Origin: a virus
Lineage: Duplodnaviria > Heunggongvirae > Uroviricota > Caudoviricetes
IMG/VR virus record: IMGVR_UViG_3300030037_000008
Coordinates: 47,072-111,071 of that record
Direction: 5' to 3' (one strand)
Length of the DNA stretch: 64,000 nt
Position numbers and translations under genes: made by a program. Shown here one piece after another: positions 17,996-27,119 of this stretch (within the stretch, counting starts at the first letter, position 1; each line of letters begins with the position of its first letter). A model generated the notes under the pieces. The model was not told where the DNA came from, did no database searches, and saw nothing but the letters and a program-made list of their open reading frames with translations.

Positions 17996-19197
17996 TTTTT
18001 CATTTCAGTCCATGTTGATGTTACTTTAGAGAGATCGCTGATTGAATCAAGATCTTCATATGTTAACTGGAAGCGCTGCATTTTAGTATGCTGTTGGTAT
18101 ACTAAGCTACAATCTTCTACCATATCTAGCTTGCCTTCTAATGCATCTATAGCTTGGCGTACAATGTATTCAACAGTAGAAGCTGCTACACCTTGAGCAA
18201 TACATTGTACTACAGAAGTTTTACATTCGTCTTGATAGAACTTGAAGTCTTTAGGATAACCCATAAGAGCTTTGAATTCTGCAATGTTTAAATCGCGATC
18301 TTCATGTGGGTGGATGTATTCTACCATAGAAGTAATAGAGCAACAATTCGAATCACCTCTCATCTTATATTTACCATGACCAAAGTACCGTTTACCTTCT
18401 TTAAGACATTGTGCAATACGTTTAACATTCTTATAGTTAGATGCATGCGATTCTTTAATAGATTCAATATCTACATTATTCATAGCAAGTGATTCAAACA
18501 TTGCTTTCTTAGGAAGAACATCTTTATAGAAAGGAACTAAAGCTGGATCAACATGGCCTTTGATGTATTCTCCCCAACCTTCATGACTAGAATCAACATT
18601 AACTAGAATATCATCTACTACGCATTTAGGATTTTTCATTGCATTAACGAGAGGTACTTTGTTATCAAACTCAGATTTCAACCAAGCAACAAACAAAGTT
18701 CTTTGGCGAATCATTGGAACACCGTGAGTATCATTAGTAAGACGAATAGCAGTGAAGTTATATTTTTCTTTCATAACATCAATAGCTTCTTTAAGAACAG
18801 GATAACCTTTTGAAATTAAAGCGGGCGCATTCTCGAGAATAAGTACCTTAGGTTCTAAGAGATTAGCTGTATGCGCTGATTCTACAATGTAGTTATTAAT
18901 TGAAGCATCAGCAGAAGCATGTCTATTAACAGAAGATAATCCAGAACAAGGAGCATTGGAAAACATAATATCAATCTTTCCTTTGTACTTCGCTTCTATA
19001 TCAGTTTCAGTCCATTCAGTTCTTCCAATAACATTTAGATCTTTTTCATTTTTAATCAAATGATATGAATTTTGTGTTAGAATATCATCTGAAATTTCCA
19101 GAATATCATTTACTTGGAGTCCAGCATTTTTCATTCCGAAGTATGCTGACCCGCCAAATATGAATTGACCGATGCCTGTGTATTTTTTCTTACTCAT
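17992..19197 (-). CDS. DNA (cytosine-5)-methyltransferase-like protein
   Basis: Motif I-like FIFGGSAYFGMKNAG. Catalytic motif IV PC, NAPCSGLSS. Motif VI ENV-like LILENAPAL. 401 aa. Confidence 0.65.
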   Translation of the reverse strand: MSKKKYTGIGQFIFGGSAYFGMKNAGLQVNDILEISDDILTQNSYHLIKNEKDLNVIGRTEWTETDIEAKYKGKIDIMFSNAPCSGLSSVNRHASADASINNYIVESAHTANLLEPKVLILENAPALISKGYPVLKEAIDVMKEKYNFTAIRLTNDTHGVPMIRQRTLFVAWLKSEFDNKVPLVNAMKNPKCVVDDILVNVDSSHEGWGEYIKGHVDPALVPFYKDVLPKKAMFESLAMNNVDIESIKESHASNYKNVKRIAQCLKEGKRYFGHGKYKMRGDSNCCSITSMVEYIHPHEDRDLNIAEFKALMGYPKDFKFYQDECKTSVVQCIAQGVAASTVEYIVRQAIDALEGKLDMVEDCSLVYQQHTKMQRFQLTYEDLDSISDLSKVTSTWTEMKK

Positions 19198-19237
19198 ATA
19201 TGTCCTTTATTTAGGTTTATCATTAAGAAACAACTAA

Positions 19238-19732
19238 CTATCCATACATGGATTCTGCTATATATTCTTGTTCTGTTTTATCAAAGAAGTTTTCTGATGG
19301 AGGATTTCTATGCCAAGTACTTATATTACTTATACAATACTTTACTAAGTATTCTGTTCTACATTTATCAGAATTATCTTTACTGTCAGTAAAGATATCA
19401 CTAAAATACAAACTAGGATTATACCATTCTCTGAAATACTCATTACAATATCTAGCTAATGCTTTAGCATACCTCCAAGTATAGTCTACATTCTTAACAT
19501 AAGGCCACCATTTTTCAAAATGTTCGGAACAGAATTCGAATAAGAATTCTACATCAGAAAAACAATATACTTCAGGGTCCCACCAATCATCAAATCTATC
19601 TGAACAGAATTCTGCTAAGTAAAGAGAGTAGTACCACTGAAATGTATCAGGATCAAACCAATCATCAAAGTACTTAGCATTATCTATCCACCAAAGATCT
19701 TCAAATACAATATCTTCGTTAGTTAGTTTCAT
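19238..19732 (-). CDS. WFDP/WWD-repeat family protein
   Basis: DDWFDPDTFQW, FDDWWDPEVY, FEKWWPYV and FREWYNPSLY repeats. Ends SMYG. Confidence 0.6.
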   Translation of the reverse strand: MKLTNEDIVFEDLWWIDNAKYFDDWFDPDTFQWYYSLYLAEFCSDRFDDWWDPEVYCFSDVEFLFEFCSEHFEKWWPYVKNVDYTWRYAKALARYCNEYFREWYNPSLYFSDIFTDSKDNSDKCRTEYLVKYCISNISTWHRNPPSENFFDKTEQEYIAESMYG

Positions 19733-20232
19733 TCGTACATTACATTTGATAGAATTGAAAGTTTAGATTCGCCATGCATATAAATAGAAGCATCATCAAA
19801 CCAAGTGTCAATGTCTTTTATACAATGCTCTACTAAATGAGTAACTTTGGTTGCAGATTCATATATATGAATCGATCTGTCATCCTCGCAGTAATATTTT
19901 ATATGGTACCAAAGATCAAAGTTATCAGCACAGAATATAGCAAGCAATCCGGAATATCTCCAATTGTACTTATCAGCATTCCACCATGTTTTTATATTAT
20001 CGTAGCAGTGTCGTGTTAATGCATCAGATTCATGGTAATCATAAAGATCTTTGTCCCACCAAAATTCAAAATATTGAGAACAATACTCTGCTAGATATCT
20101 ACAGTTACGCCATTCGAATAAGTCAGGATCAAACCAAGTATGAAACAACTTTCCATTCTCTTCGAACCAATCATCGTTATACTCGATTTCCCATCTTTCT
20201 CTAAGTACATTGTATTCTAATTTATTACTCAT
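19729..20232 (-). CDS. WFDP/WWD-repeat family protein
   Basis: HTWFDPDLFEW, FEFWWDKDLY, IKTWWNADKY, FDLWYHIKYY and IDTWFDD. Ends VMYE. Confidence 0.6.
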   Translation of the reverse strand: MSNKLEYNVLRERWEIEYNDDWFEENGKLFHTWFDPDLFEWRNCRYLAEYCSQYFEFWWDKDLYDYHESDALTRHCYDNIKTWWNADKYNWRYSGLLAIFCADNFDLWYHIKYYCEDDRSIHIYESATKVTHLVEHCIKDIDTWFDDASIYMHGESKLSILSNVMYE

Positions 20233-20264
20233 AATGTCTCTGATATATTTTTAAAATAATATCT

Positions 20265-20292
20265 ACTATACTACACTATTAAGAGATGTAAA
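20265..20292 (-). promoter_or_regulatory. promoter TTTACA-N16-TATAGT with conserved GTTTTACATCTC(T/A)TTAAT element
   Basis: Reverse complement of tgtaaa (20287-20292) and actata (20265-20270). The same -35 context recurs at 21747-21774. Confidence 0.45.
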
Positions 20293-20295
20293 ACT

Positions 20296-20820
20296 CTAGT
20301 TGTATAATGATGCAGTTATAAGTTCTTGTTTAGATTGAGTGAATATATCCGAGTCATACCAAGTATCGATAGCATACATAGCACTTAAAGTTAATGTCTT
20401 TGTTTTCTTTATCATGAGTCTTCTAAGATTCATCTTCTCTAGATTACTAACTGAATTAAAACTATACTTATCTAAATCGAAATACAACTTATGATCATAC
20501 CAATCATCAAATCTGTCGGCACAGTATATCATCATCAGTTCATTAGGTTTGATCTCATTCCAATTATGTCGCATAGGATTCCACCAAACATCTAGATAAT
20601 CATGACAATAATAAGGCAGATGATTATAACTAGACATATCAAACAAATCTATATCATACCACTTCTCTATATCTTTAGTGCAATATTTAGCTAGTAGATT
20701 ACATCCCCAGCGATCCCACTTAAAGGTCTCTATATCAAACCACTCATCAAATCTATCGGCATTACATCTGAACCAACTATGACTGTAATATAATTCTCTT
20801 CCTTCATCATCATTATGCAT
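20296..20820 (-). CDS. WFDP/WWD-repeat family protein
   Basis: FDEWFDIETFKW, IEKWYDIDLF, LDVWWNPMRH, FDDWYDHKLY and IDTWYDSD. Ends SLYN. Confidence 0.6.
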   Translation of the reverse strand: MHNDDEGRELYYSHSWFRCNADRFDEWFDIETFKWDRWGCNLLAKYCTKDIEKWYDIDLFDMSSYNHLPYYCHDYLDVWWNPMRHNWNEIKPNELMMIYCADRFDDWYDHKLYFDLDKYSFNSVSNLEKMNLRRLMIKKTKTLTLSAMYAIDTWYDSDIFTQSKQELITASLYN

Positions 20821-21253
20821 ACATAGAATCCACTATGATTTCTTGTTTAGTATGTACTAATCTTTCTTCACAATACCATACATCTATCCTGTCAATACAA
20901 TGGTCTTTTAGATAACACCACATATACCAATCAAACTTATCAGGATTCCACCATACATTAAAGTTCTTAGAATTAAACTGTGCTAAGTATTTAGAATATC
21001 CTTGGTAGTCAAATCTAGTATGATTCCACCAACTTGCAAAGTGTTCAGGACAATACTTAGCCAATTGACTATATGCTAAATCAGAAATAAGTCCAGGTCT
21101 ATACCACTTACCAAAATGATTAGAACAATTAACTATAAGTAGTTCAATACAATCCCAATCAAAAGTCTCTAGATCAAACCACTCATCAAATCTATGTTCG
21201 TTAGCCCCGAACCACATTTTGCTGTAATAAGGTTCGTACTTATCAGTTTCCAT
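20813..21253 (-). CDS. WFDP/WWD-repeat family protein
   Basis: FDEWFDLETFDW, FGKWYRPGL, FASWWNHTRF, FNVWWNPDKF and IDVWYCEE. Ends SMYA. Confidence 0.6.
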   Translation of the reverse strand: METDKYEPYYSKMWFGANEHRFDEWFDLETFDWDCIELLIVNCSNHFGKWYRPGLISDLAYSQLAKYCPEHFASWWNHTRFDYQGYSKYLAQFNSKNFNVWWNPDKFDWYMWCYLKDHCIDRIDVWYCEERLVHTKQEIIVDSMYA

Positions 21254-21710
21254 ACATACTCTCTACTATAAACTCTTGCTTAGTTTTCTCAATGTTTAAG
21301 TAAGGATACCACATATCTATATGACTAATAGTCCTACTTGCAAATAACTTTAAGGCGCTTCTTACGCATATGTCATGTATAATGGTGTGAGGATCGCATC
21401 TGAACCATGTAGGAAAGTTATCTGAACAGTGTCTAAGTAAACCATCTACTTCGAAATATCTAAAGTATTCAGGATCCCACCAAATATCAAAATGATCAGA
21501 ACAGTATCTAGCAAGTCGGTTACAATGTCTCCAATAGAACTTATCAGGATACCACCAAGTTTCAATCTTGCTACTACAGTGACTAGCTAGATAATGTGAT
21601 TCACTCCACATGTACATATCAGGATCGAACCATTCGTCGAATCTATGAGAATTGTTAATGAACCAAAGTTCTGTGTATGTAACATCAGAGGGGTCTAATT
21701 TATTAGGCAT
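21243..21710 (-). CDS. WFDP/WWD-repeat family protein
   Basis: FDEWFDPDMYMW, IETWWYPDKF, FDIWWDPEYF, FPTWF and IDMWYPY. Ends SMYGN. Confidence 0.6.
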   Translation of the reverse strand: MPNKLDPSDVTYTELWFINNSHRFDEWFDPDMYMWSESHYLASHCSSKIETWWYPDKFYWRHCNRLARYCSDHFDIWWDPEYFRYFEVDGLLRHCSDNFPTWFRCDPHTIIHDICVRSALKLFASRTISHIDMWYPYLNIEKTKQEFIVESMYGN

Positions 21711-21746
21711 GTTATGTTATAGTATCCTTGTTATTATGCTTAAGAT

Positions 21747-21774
21747 AAGATAACACACATTAATGAGATGTAAA
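21747..21774 (-). promoter_or_regulatory. promoter TTTACA-N16-TATCTT upstream of the five-gene WFDP-family operon
   Basis: Reverse complement TTTACATCTCATTAATGTGTGTTATCTT. Shares its 5' part with the 20265-20292 promoter. Confidence 0.4.
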
Positions 21775-21779
21775 CAAAC

Positions 21780-21811
21780 AAATGGACTAAATTTAATTAT
21801 TTAGTCCATTT
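21780..21811 (-). terminator. rho-independent terminator candidate downstream of a-gt
   Basis: Perfect 13-bp inverted repeat AAATGGACTAAAT / ATTTAGTCCATTT with a 6-nt loop. On the minus-strand RNA it is followed by GUUUGUUUAC. Confidence 0.45.
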
Positions 21812-21831
21812 GATTACCAGGAAGTTATATC

Positions 21832-23043
21832 TTAGATAGTCAAGTCTTTAAGAATGATATCATAAACTAATGGAGCATCTGCATGAGATTTCCAGAAAGC
21901 GAATGATTCTTCTCTCATCTTATCTCTTGCAATTGGATCGTTAGCAAGTTTTTCCATGAGTTGTGCAGTCTCTTCTAAGTTATTCTCATCTACCCAAATT
22001 GTACCATTGTTTGGACAATCGATAAGTGGAATATCTTTAGTAAGGTGCATAGTATGCTGACCAAAATGCTTGTGGAATACTGGAATAGTACCGGATGCAA
22101 TTACATCTGCATGGCAATATTCAAAGCTCTTACCATATTTCTGAGGTTTGAGATTATAGAAGTCACAACCAAATGCTGTCTTGGAAAGACGATGCATACA
22201 TTCTACATATTTGTAATCACCAAAGACATAAGCATTTTCTCCAACTACCATGTCATCTGGACCAATGCCACATTTCTTGTAGTTAAGGCATTCTTTAATA
22301 TCAGGGCGTTGACCATTTGCACGTTGACCATCATTGAAGAAGAATCGCAATCCACCAATAGATAGTTCCATACCTTCTAAAGAAGTTTTGAATCCCTGTG
22401 CCTTGAGGTGTTCACGGTGAAGGTCATAGACTTGTTCAGGACCTTTCCACATTGCAGATCGACCAATGAATTTGAAAGTCTTATCATCTTGTTCTTCAAT
22501 GGGTTTCCAATAGTTAGCACGATGTTCATCAAAGTTAAAGCCTACTGGAAAGACTTTCATTGGAGTAGTGACACCTTCACGCGCCATCTTCTTAGCCAAG
22601 TCACCTTCAGTAGAGTGAGCAAAGATAGTATGCATCTTACTACATATTTCCATCATACGAGCATTTCGAACAATTGAATGAACTGAATGGTCTACACAAA
22701 TCATAATCTGTTTAGTAGTAAGACCATCAATCATCGCCATGAAGTTATCAACTGATTCATCCGGAGTTTTCTTGGGTGGCTGAGAGAAATGAATGACTAG
22801 ATCATAGTCACTATTAAGACGAGCAGTAAGAGCTTCACATTCATCTTTGTTCTTCATTCCCCATTCTTCTATTTCGATAGGTTGAGCATTACGTCTGCCC
22901 CATTTTTTATCGTTAGTAGCAAAGATGTCACAATTGACACCAATAGTTCTACAGTACTTTTGCATTTCAATACAGTTCTTTGTATTGCCTACACCTGGAA
23001 TACCGCGCGCCATGATGAGTGCTACTGATTTATAATTTGACAT
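21832..23043 (-). CDS. a-gt: DNA alpha-glucosyltransferase homologue (T4 a-gt / AGT-like, GT-B fold)
   Basis: Block-wise identity to T4 AGT. LIMARGIPGVGNTK matches IFMARGLEGCGVTK. FIGRSAMWKGPEQVYDLHREHLK matches WIGRTTTWKGFYQMFDFHEKFLK. SFEYCHADVIASGTIPVF matches SLEYTHLELGACGTIPVF. NGTIWVDENNLEET matches SGIIWFDENDMEST. The RBS AACAAAAAGGAAAAAT-ATG is shared with frd and uvsX. Confidence 0.8.
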   Translation of the reverse strand: MSNYKSVALIMARGIPGVGNTKNCIEMQKYCRTIGVNCDIFATNDKKWGRRNAQPIEIEEWGMKNKDECEALTARLNSDYDLVIHFSQPPKKTPDESVDNFMAMIDGLTTKQIMICVDHSVHSIVRNARMMEICSKMHTIFAHSTEGDLAKKMAREGVTTPMKVFPVGFNFDEHRANYWKPIEEQDDKTFKFIGRSAMWKGPEQVYDLHREHLKAQGFKTSLEGMELSIGGLRFFFNDGQRANGQRPDIKECLNYKKCGIGPDDMVVGENAYVFGDYKYVECMHRLSKTAFGCDFYNLKPQKYGKSFEYCHADVIASGTIPVFHKHFGQHTMHLTKDIPLIDCPNNGTIWVDENNLEETAQLMEKLANDPIARDKMREESFAFWKSHADAPLVYDIILKDLTI

Positions 23044-23090
23044 ATTTTTCCTTTTTGTTTTGTTTTTGTTTAATAATAAGAAACAAGCTT

Positions 23091-24539
23091 TTATAGATTT
23101 AACAATCTTTTAACTTCTTTTTCCCAATACAATTTATCTTCTCTTATCTTAAATAAAATTCGCAATTCTAAAATAAGTAAGTATTGTTCTTGAGGGTTGC
23201 TGTTGTAGTATTCAATTTTGTCTTTGATATCTTGACCATTTTCTACTCTTAACTTATCCTGAATCTCTCTAGGAATCTGTAAGTAATCAGGATCATACTC
23301 TGAATCAATGAATGGAAGTACTCCTGCCATTGCATAAAATGCTGGTCTGAAGTTAAGAGAATCATAGCTACTAGTACATCGTAGTAAGAGAGAATATTTA
23401 TATTCAGATACTACCTTAAATTGTTCAGTTGGTAAGAAGGATCCTTTATAAAGAGGGTTAGCTTCGATCTCATCTTTAAGTTCTTTGAGGTGAGCATACT
23501 TCTCATCAGCCATGTACTTAGCCATCATAGTAGTCTTACGCTTAGCTTCTTTCTGGTTACATATGATACCATTAAGCGTTGTAGGAATGTACATAGAGTT
23601 CTTTTCAGGATCCAATCCTTCTAATCCTTTAAGGAATTTCTCGTACATCTTGTGACGTTCTCCTTTGCCGTAGAAGATAGAACCATAGAAGCAAAAGTCT
23701 TTAGGACATTCAATGTCTTCTTTGACTTGATACTCCGATCCAAACAAACATTGCATTTCACCCATTGGCATGTGAGTAAAATCACGAGTACCGCGATGGT
23801 CATCTGCAAAGTAAAATTTAGTACTCTTATAGCCAAGATGATCTGCGTAAGTCCAGTGATAGACAGGATCGATAATGTAGTTATAAGAAAGGCAACCTGG
23901 ATTGTTATTGATGATACATTCTAATACTCCAGCATGAGCAGCATTTTCATTTTGAGAGAATGCAAGTGGAGACATACCAGTAAGTGGTACAGCATTAACA
24001 CGATCATTAGTTTGATGTATAGCTTTAATAACATTTAGATCTGATCCAACATAATCAAAGTATTCATTTTGTAGATCTTTAAGAACTGGATTAGCATCTT
24101 TCTCAGGTTTGAGTACATGTTCCATTAGAGGAAGCATGAAACTAGGAAGTCCAATTGATACTGCTTTGATTTTGATATCACCAAGAACTTTACTGATAGA
24201 GTCTACTACAACAGTTTGGTTATGAACTCTAAACCAATCACATTCAGGGGTAGGAACAAAGTCTTTACTTCTGATAAGTTTCTCTGTAATGCCAGGGTTA
24301 TTTGAAATGTTAACAATGTTTCTGTATCCACGATCTTGGAAGTATTTGATATCATCCTTGTTTAACATACCAACAATGATTATGTTGTAATCTTTAGCTA
24401 CAGTATCCATGATGAACTTGTTAACAAATCCATGAGTGTATTCATACTTAACTGCTTTGCTTGTTAAAAATACAACATTCTCCTTTGAGCCGTCAAGCTC
24501 CATGTATTCGATGACTTCTGCATATTCATATTTTTTCAT
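23091..24539 (-). CDS. DNA beta-glucosyltransferase-like protein (T4 b-gt / BGT homologue) with a ~100-aa N-terminal extension
   Basis: FCFYGSIFYGKGERHKMYEKFL matches T4 BGT DVIYGGSFRSGQRESKMVEFL. NFRPAFYAMAGVLPFIDSEYD matches LRVWETMASDAVMLIDEEFD. 482 aa versus 351 in T4. Confidence 0.6.
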   Translation of the reverse strand: MKKYEYAEVIEYMELDGSKENVVFLTSKAVKYEYTHGFVNKFIMDTVAKDYNIIIVGMLNKDDIKYFQDRGYRNIVNISNNPGITEKLIRSKDFVPTPECDWFRVHNQTVVVDSISKVLGDIKIKAVSIGLPSFMLPLMEHVLKPEKDANPVLKDLQNEYFDYVGSDLNVIKAIHQTNDRVNAVPLTGMSPLAFSQNENAAHAGVLECIINNNPGCLSYNYIIDPVYHWTYADHLGYKSTKFYFADDHRGTRDFTHMPMGEMQCLFGSEYQVKEDIECPKDFCFYGSIFYGKGERHKMYEKFLKGLEGLDPEKNSMYIPTTLNGIICNQKEAKRKTTMMAKYMADEKYAHLKELKDEIEANPLYKGSFLPTEQFKVVSEYKYSLLLRCTSSYDSLNFRPAFYAMAGVLPFIDSEYDPDYLQIPREIQDKLRVENGQDIKDKIEYYNSNPQEQYLLILELRILFKIREDKLYWEKEVKRLLNL

Positions 24540-24817
24540 TTATTCTTATACTCCTCGTATAATTTGTGGTACGTACCATTTTGTATTAAAATTGTATGCT
24601 CAGCTTGTCCTTTAAAAGTAAGTCTATGCTCAACGTATTGTAAGAGTTCACATGTTCTAAGAGCTAGATCTAAGCTTGTATCATGTAGTTCTGGTCTAAG
24701 AAACTTTGACTGTTCTACAATATCTTTGCACATGTCTGTTTGTGTTACTACTTCGCTAGTGAAATTCATCAGGTGTCTCCAACATGGCCATTTCAATATT
24801 GTACATGAAGTTTCCAT
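24536..24817 (-). CDS. hypothetical small protein (93 aa)
   Basis: ORF whose stop overlaps the b-gt-like start. Sits between the glycosyltransferases and the sugar-activation genes. Confidence 0.4.
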   Translation of the reverse strand: METSCTILKWPCWRHLMNFTSEVVTQTDMCKDIVEQSKFLRPELHDTSLDLALRTCELLQYVEHRLTFKGQAEHTILIQNGTYHKLYEEYKNK

Positions 24818-25238
24818 ATTCGTCTAACTCTAAAAGTTCATTTCCAATTGTATCTGCTGAGAATACTCGAGTTCCTTTATATGTCATCATAGGTTCAATG
24901 ATATCTGACATTGATCCAACCGTGTCAGTAAGTCCTACGATGATATATTTAGGAGCTACGGTTATGTTATTCTTGAAATACTCTTTAAGTTCTCTAAGTT
25001 TATCACCAAAGAATCCAGTAGTATTGACTATAACAGTGTCAGGATAAATTCCATGAAGTCTTAACAAATTTTCTGGCTTTTCATACAGATTATCAATAAG
25101 TTTAAAAGTAGCAGCAGGATATAACTTTCTTACTACTGCAATTGTTTCATCAGTGAATTTGTCTACACTTATGTTAGATGACTCGCAATCTCCGCCACAG
25201 TCTTCACCGTCAAGTACTACTACTTTTAAAATATTCAT
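24756..25238 (-). CDS. hypothetical protein, possibly a small sugar-phosphate isomerase (weak RpiB/LacAB-like resemblance)
   Basis: 160 aa, about RpiB size. IVGLTDTVGSMSDI weakly resembles the RpiB ICGTGVGISIAANK loop. Call is driven mainly by context. Confidence 0.25.
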   Translation of the reverse strand: MNILKVVVLDGEDCGGDCESSNISVDKFTDETIAVVRKLYPAATFKLIDNLYEKPENLLRLHGIYPDTVIVNTTGFFGDKLRELKEYFKNNITVAPKYIIVGLTDTVGSMSDIIEPMMTYKGTRVFSADTIGNELLELDEYGNFMYNIEMAMLETPDEFH

Positions 25239-25280
25239 TTGATTTCCTTTATTAGCTTATGCTATACAATACCACACTAA

Positions 25281-27119
25281 CTAATTATTGACACCTGTGT
25301 TATTAACTTTAATTGAATTAAATATCTCTACTGCCTTTATATAAAACATCATACAACGATTTATATTATCTTTATGTAAAGGAATCATAGATAAAAATAA
25401 TGTTGCAGTAATGAACTTGATTTCTCTAAGATCAAAACTACATTCTACTAACTTCTTTTCAAATGCATCTATAATAGATTGATTCTGATTGGATGTAAGT
25501 ATTTTATATTGAAAGTCTTTAGGATCATTGTTATAAATCATGTATACATCATTTGAAATGTAGTCATAGTTACCTACAATAGAATGATAAAGTTTGGCTA
25601 CATCATATCGTACATCTCCATAGATAGTCGGAACAGATGAATCATAATGTCCCTTAGGATCAATAACTTTCAAAGTATCTGAGTTAGAATCAAACAACAT
25701 GTTACCGAAGAATAAGTCGCCATGAACTATCTGATAGTACTTGTTATAATTAGATCCTTTGAATATTTCATCATACTGTTCTGCTATATAATCATAGTTA
25801 CTAACTCTTCCATCAAGTTCCTTGCCATTTACAGTTATTGCATTATTTAAATAAAGACTAAGGAATTCTGTATCATTACATATACCAGTACTTGAATCCA
25901 TAGTATCTGCAATACGATTATTTAGTTTAGTTAGTATAGCATCCTTAAACATTTTGTTTGCAGGTATTAATGGGACACTATTAATTGATTCTGACTTAAA
26001 TCTTCTTAACATAGTAAATGTAGTTTCAAACAATCTATTCCAGTACTTAACGTCATTATTGTCATACATAAACTTACTAGCACATGTTACATGATTGATG
26101 TATTCTAACTCATATTGTTTATGCTCAGAGAAGAATGAACTGTCGGCATTATAATCAATAAATTGCGGAGTAAAGATTCTTAGTCTATTAGGAAGATTAA
26201 GATACCATGCAATTTCCTTTTCAATTTTGTCTGCATTCTCTTTGGATGATTTGACAATTGTATTATGATCTGTTACAGATATCTCATTAAAGTACCGAGT
26301 CATGTTCTTCTTACATTTAATGTAAGTATCAATCTCACCAACATCTTCCCAATTCTTAGCACGTACTGTTCTAATTTTAAATCCTATCGCAATGTACTTC
26401 TCCATGATAGTAGAGATTTGAAATTCGCCGGCAATAGTCTTACCCGATTCTTTAGCCATCTTAATAGCTTTACGAAACATCATTGGGTTAGTAAAATTGT
26501 ATGCTCCAATAAGAGCTCCATTGTCAGTAGGAGTAACATCTTCCATAGAAGGTTTATCTAAGAATTCTGTAACGTGAGTAATATGTTTAGGACCTTCCAT
26601 CTCACCATTAGCACCAAATCTTACATGGCCAGTAAACATCATGTTAGTATCATCACCTTTGAGAATACACCAACGTGATTGATCTCCGTGTTCTACTTCT
26701 CTATAATAGATAGCATCATCAAAATCTTCAGGACTTTCATTAAGTAAAGTATCGCCTAAAAGAATGAACATGTTTCTAATGTTTGCAAACTTATCAATAA
26801 CTTTATCTACTGCTAGTTCAACTGCACCGCCTAATCCGCTCAGAGTGTCTTGAGTAACATAAGTAATCGAGTCAAATTGATCCTTATAGATAAGATCTAC
26901 GTACTCTTTAATGCTGTCTTCGTTATATCCAGTGACGATGCAGATATCTTTGTAATCATGCTTTTTAAAGTAATCTAACTGATGTCCAATGATCGGCTTA
27001 CCTTCAATTGGCACTAGACACTTAGCAAAGTTATCAGTCAGACTCAGCATTCTACTACCTCTACCAGCTGCAGGTATAATTGCTACTTTAACTCCGTTAT
27101 TAGAAATTAAGTTTATCAT
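25281..27119 (-). CDS. bifunctional sugar-1-phosphate nucleotidyltransferase (N-terminal) / APH-choline-kinase-fold sugar anomeric kinase (C-terminal)
   Basis: N-terminus KVAIIPAAGRGSRMLSLTDNFAKCLVPIEGKPII is the G-x-G-(T/S)-R-(L/M) signature of RmlA/GalU/GlmU-type NDP-sugar pyrophosphorylases. C-terminal region has the Brenner kinase motif IVHGDLFFGNMLF and a downstream IDPKG (D-x-G). 612 aa. Confidence 0.7.
   Translation of the reverse strand: MINLISNNGVKVAIIPAAGRGSRMLSLTDNFAKCLVPIEGKPIIGHQLDYFKKHDYKDICIVTGYNEDSIKEYVDLIYKDQFDSITYVTQDTLSGLGGAVELAVDKVIDKFANIRNMFILLGDTLLNESPEDFDDAIYYREVEHGDQSRWCILKGDDTNMMFTGHVRFGANGEMEGPKHITHVTEFLDKPSMEDVTPTDNGALIGAYNFTNPMMFRKAIKMAKESGKTIAGEFQISTIMEKYIAIGFKIRTVRAKNWEDVGEIDTYIKCKKNMTRYFNEISVTDHNTIVKSSKENADKIEKEIAWYLNLPNRLRIFTPQFIDYNADSSFFSEHKQYELEYINHVTCASKFMYDNNDVKYWNRLFETTFTMLRRFKSESINSVPLIPANKMFKDAILTKLNNRIADTMDSSTGICNDTEFLSLYLNNAITVNGKELDGRVSNYDYIAEQYDEIFKGSNYNKYYQIVHGDLFFGNMLFDSNSDTLKVIDPKGHYDSSVPTIYGDVRYDVAKLYHSIVGNYDYISNDVYMIYNNDPKDFQYKILTSNQNQSIIDAFEKKLVECSFDLREIKFITATLFLSMIPLHKDNINRCMMFYIKAVEIFNSIKVNNTGVNN

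Noticed and set aside
23044-23090. T4-type late promoter (TATAAATA) upstream of a-gt (sequence CTATAAAAG)
   Set aside because: Imperfect match (TATAAAAG). In T4, a-gt is early/middle. The A-rich leader is better explained as the shared AACAAAAAGGAAAAAT-ATG translation-initiation region also seen at frd and uvsX.
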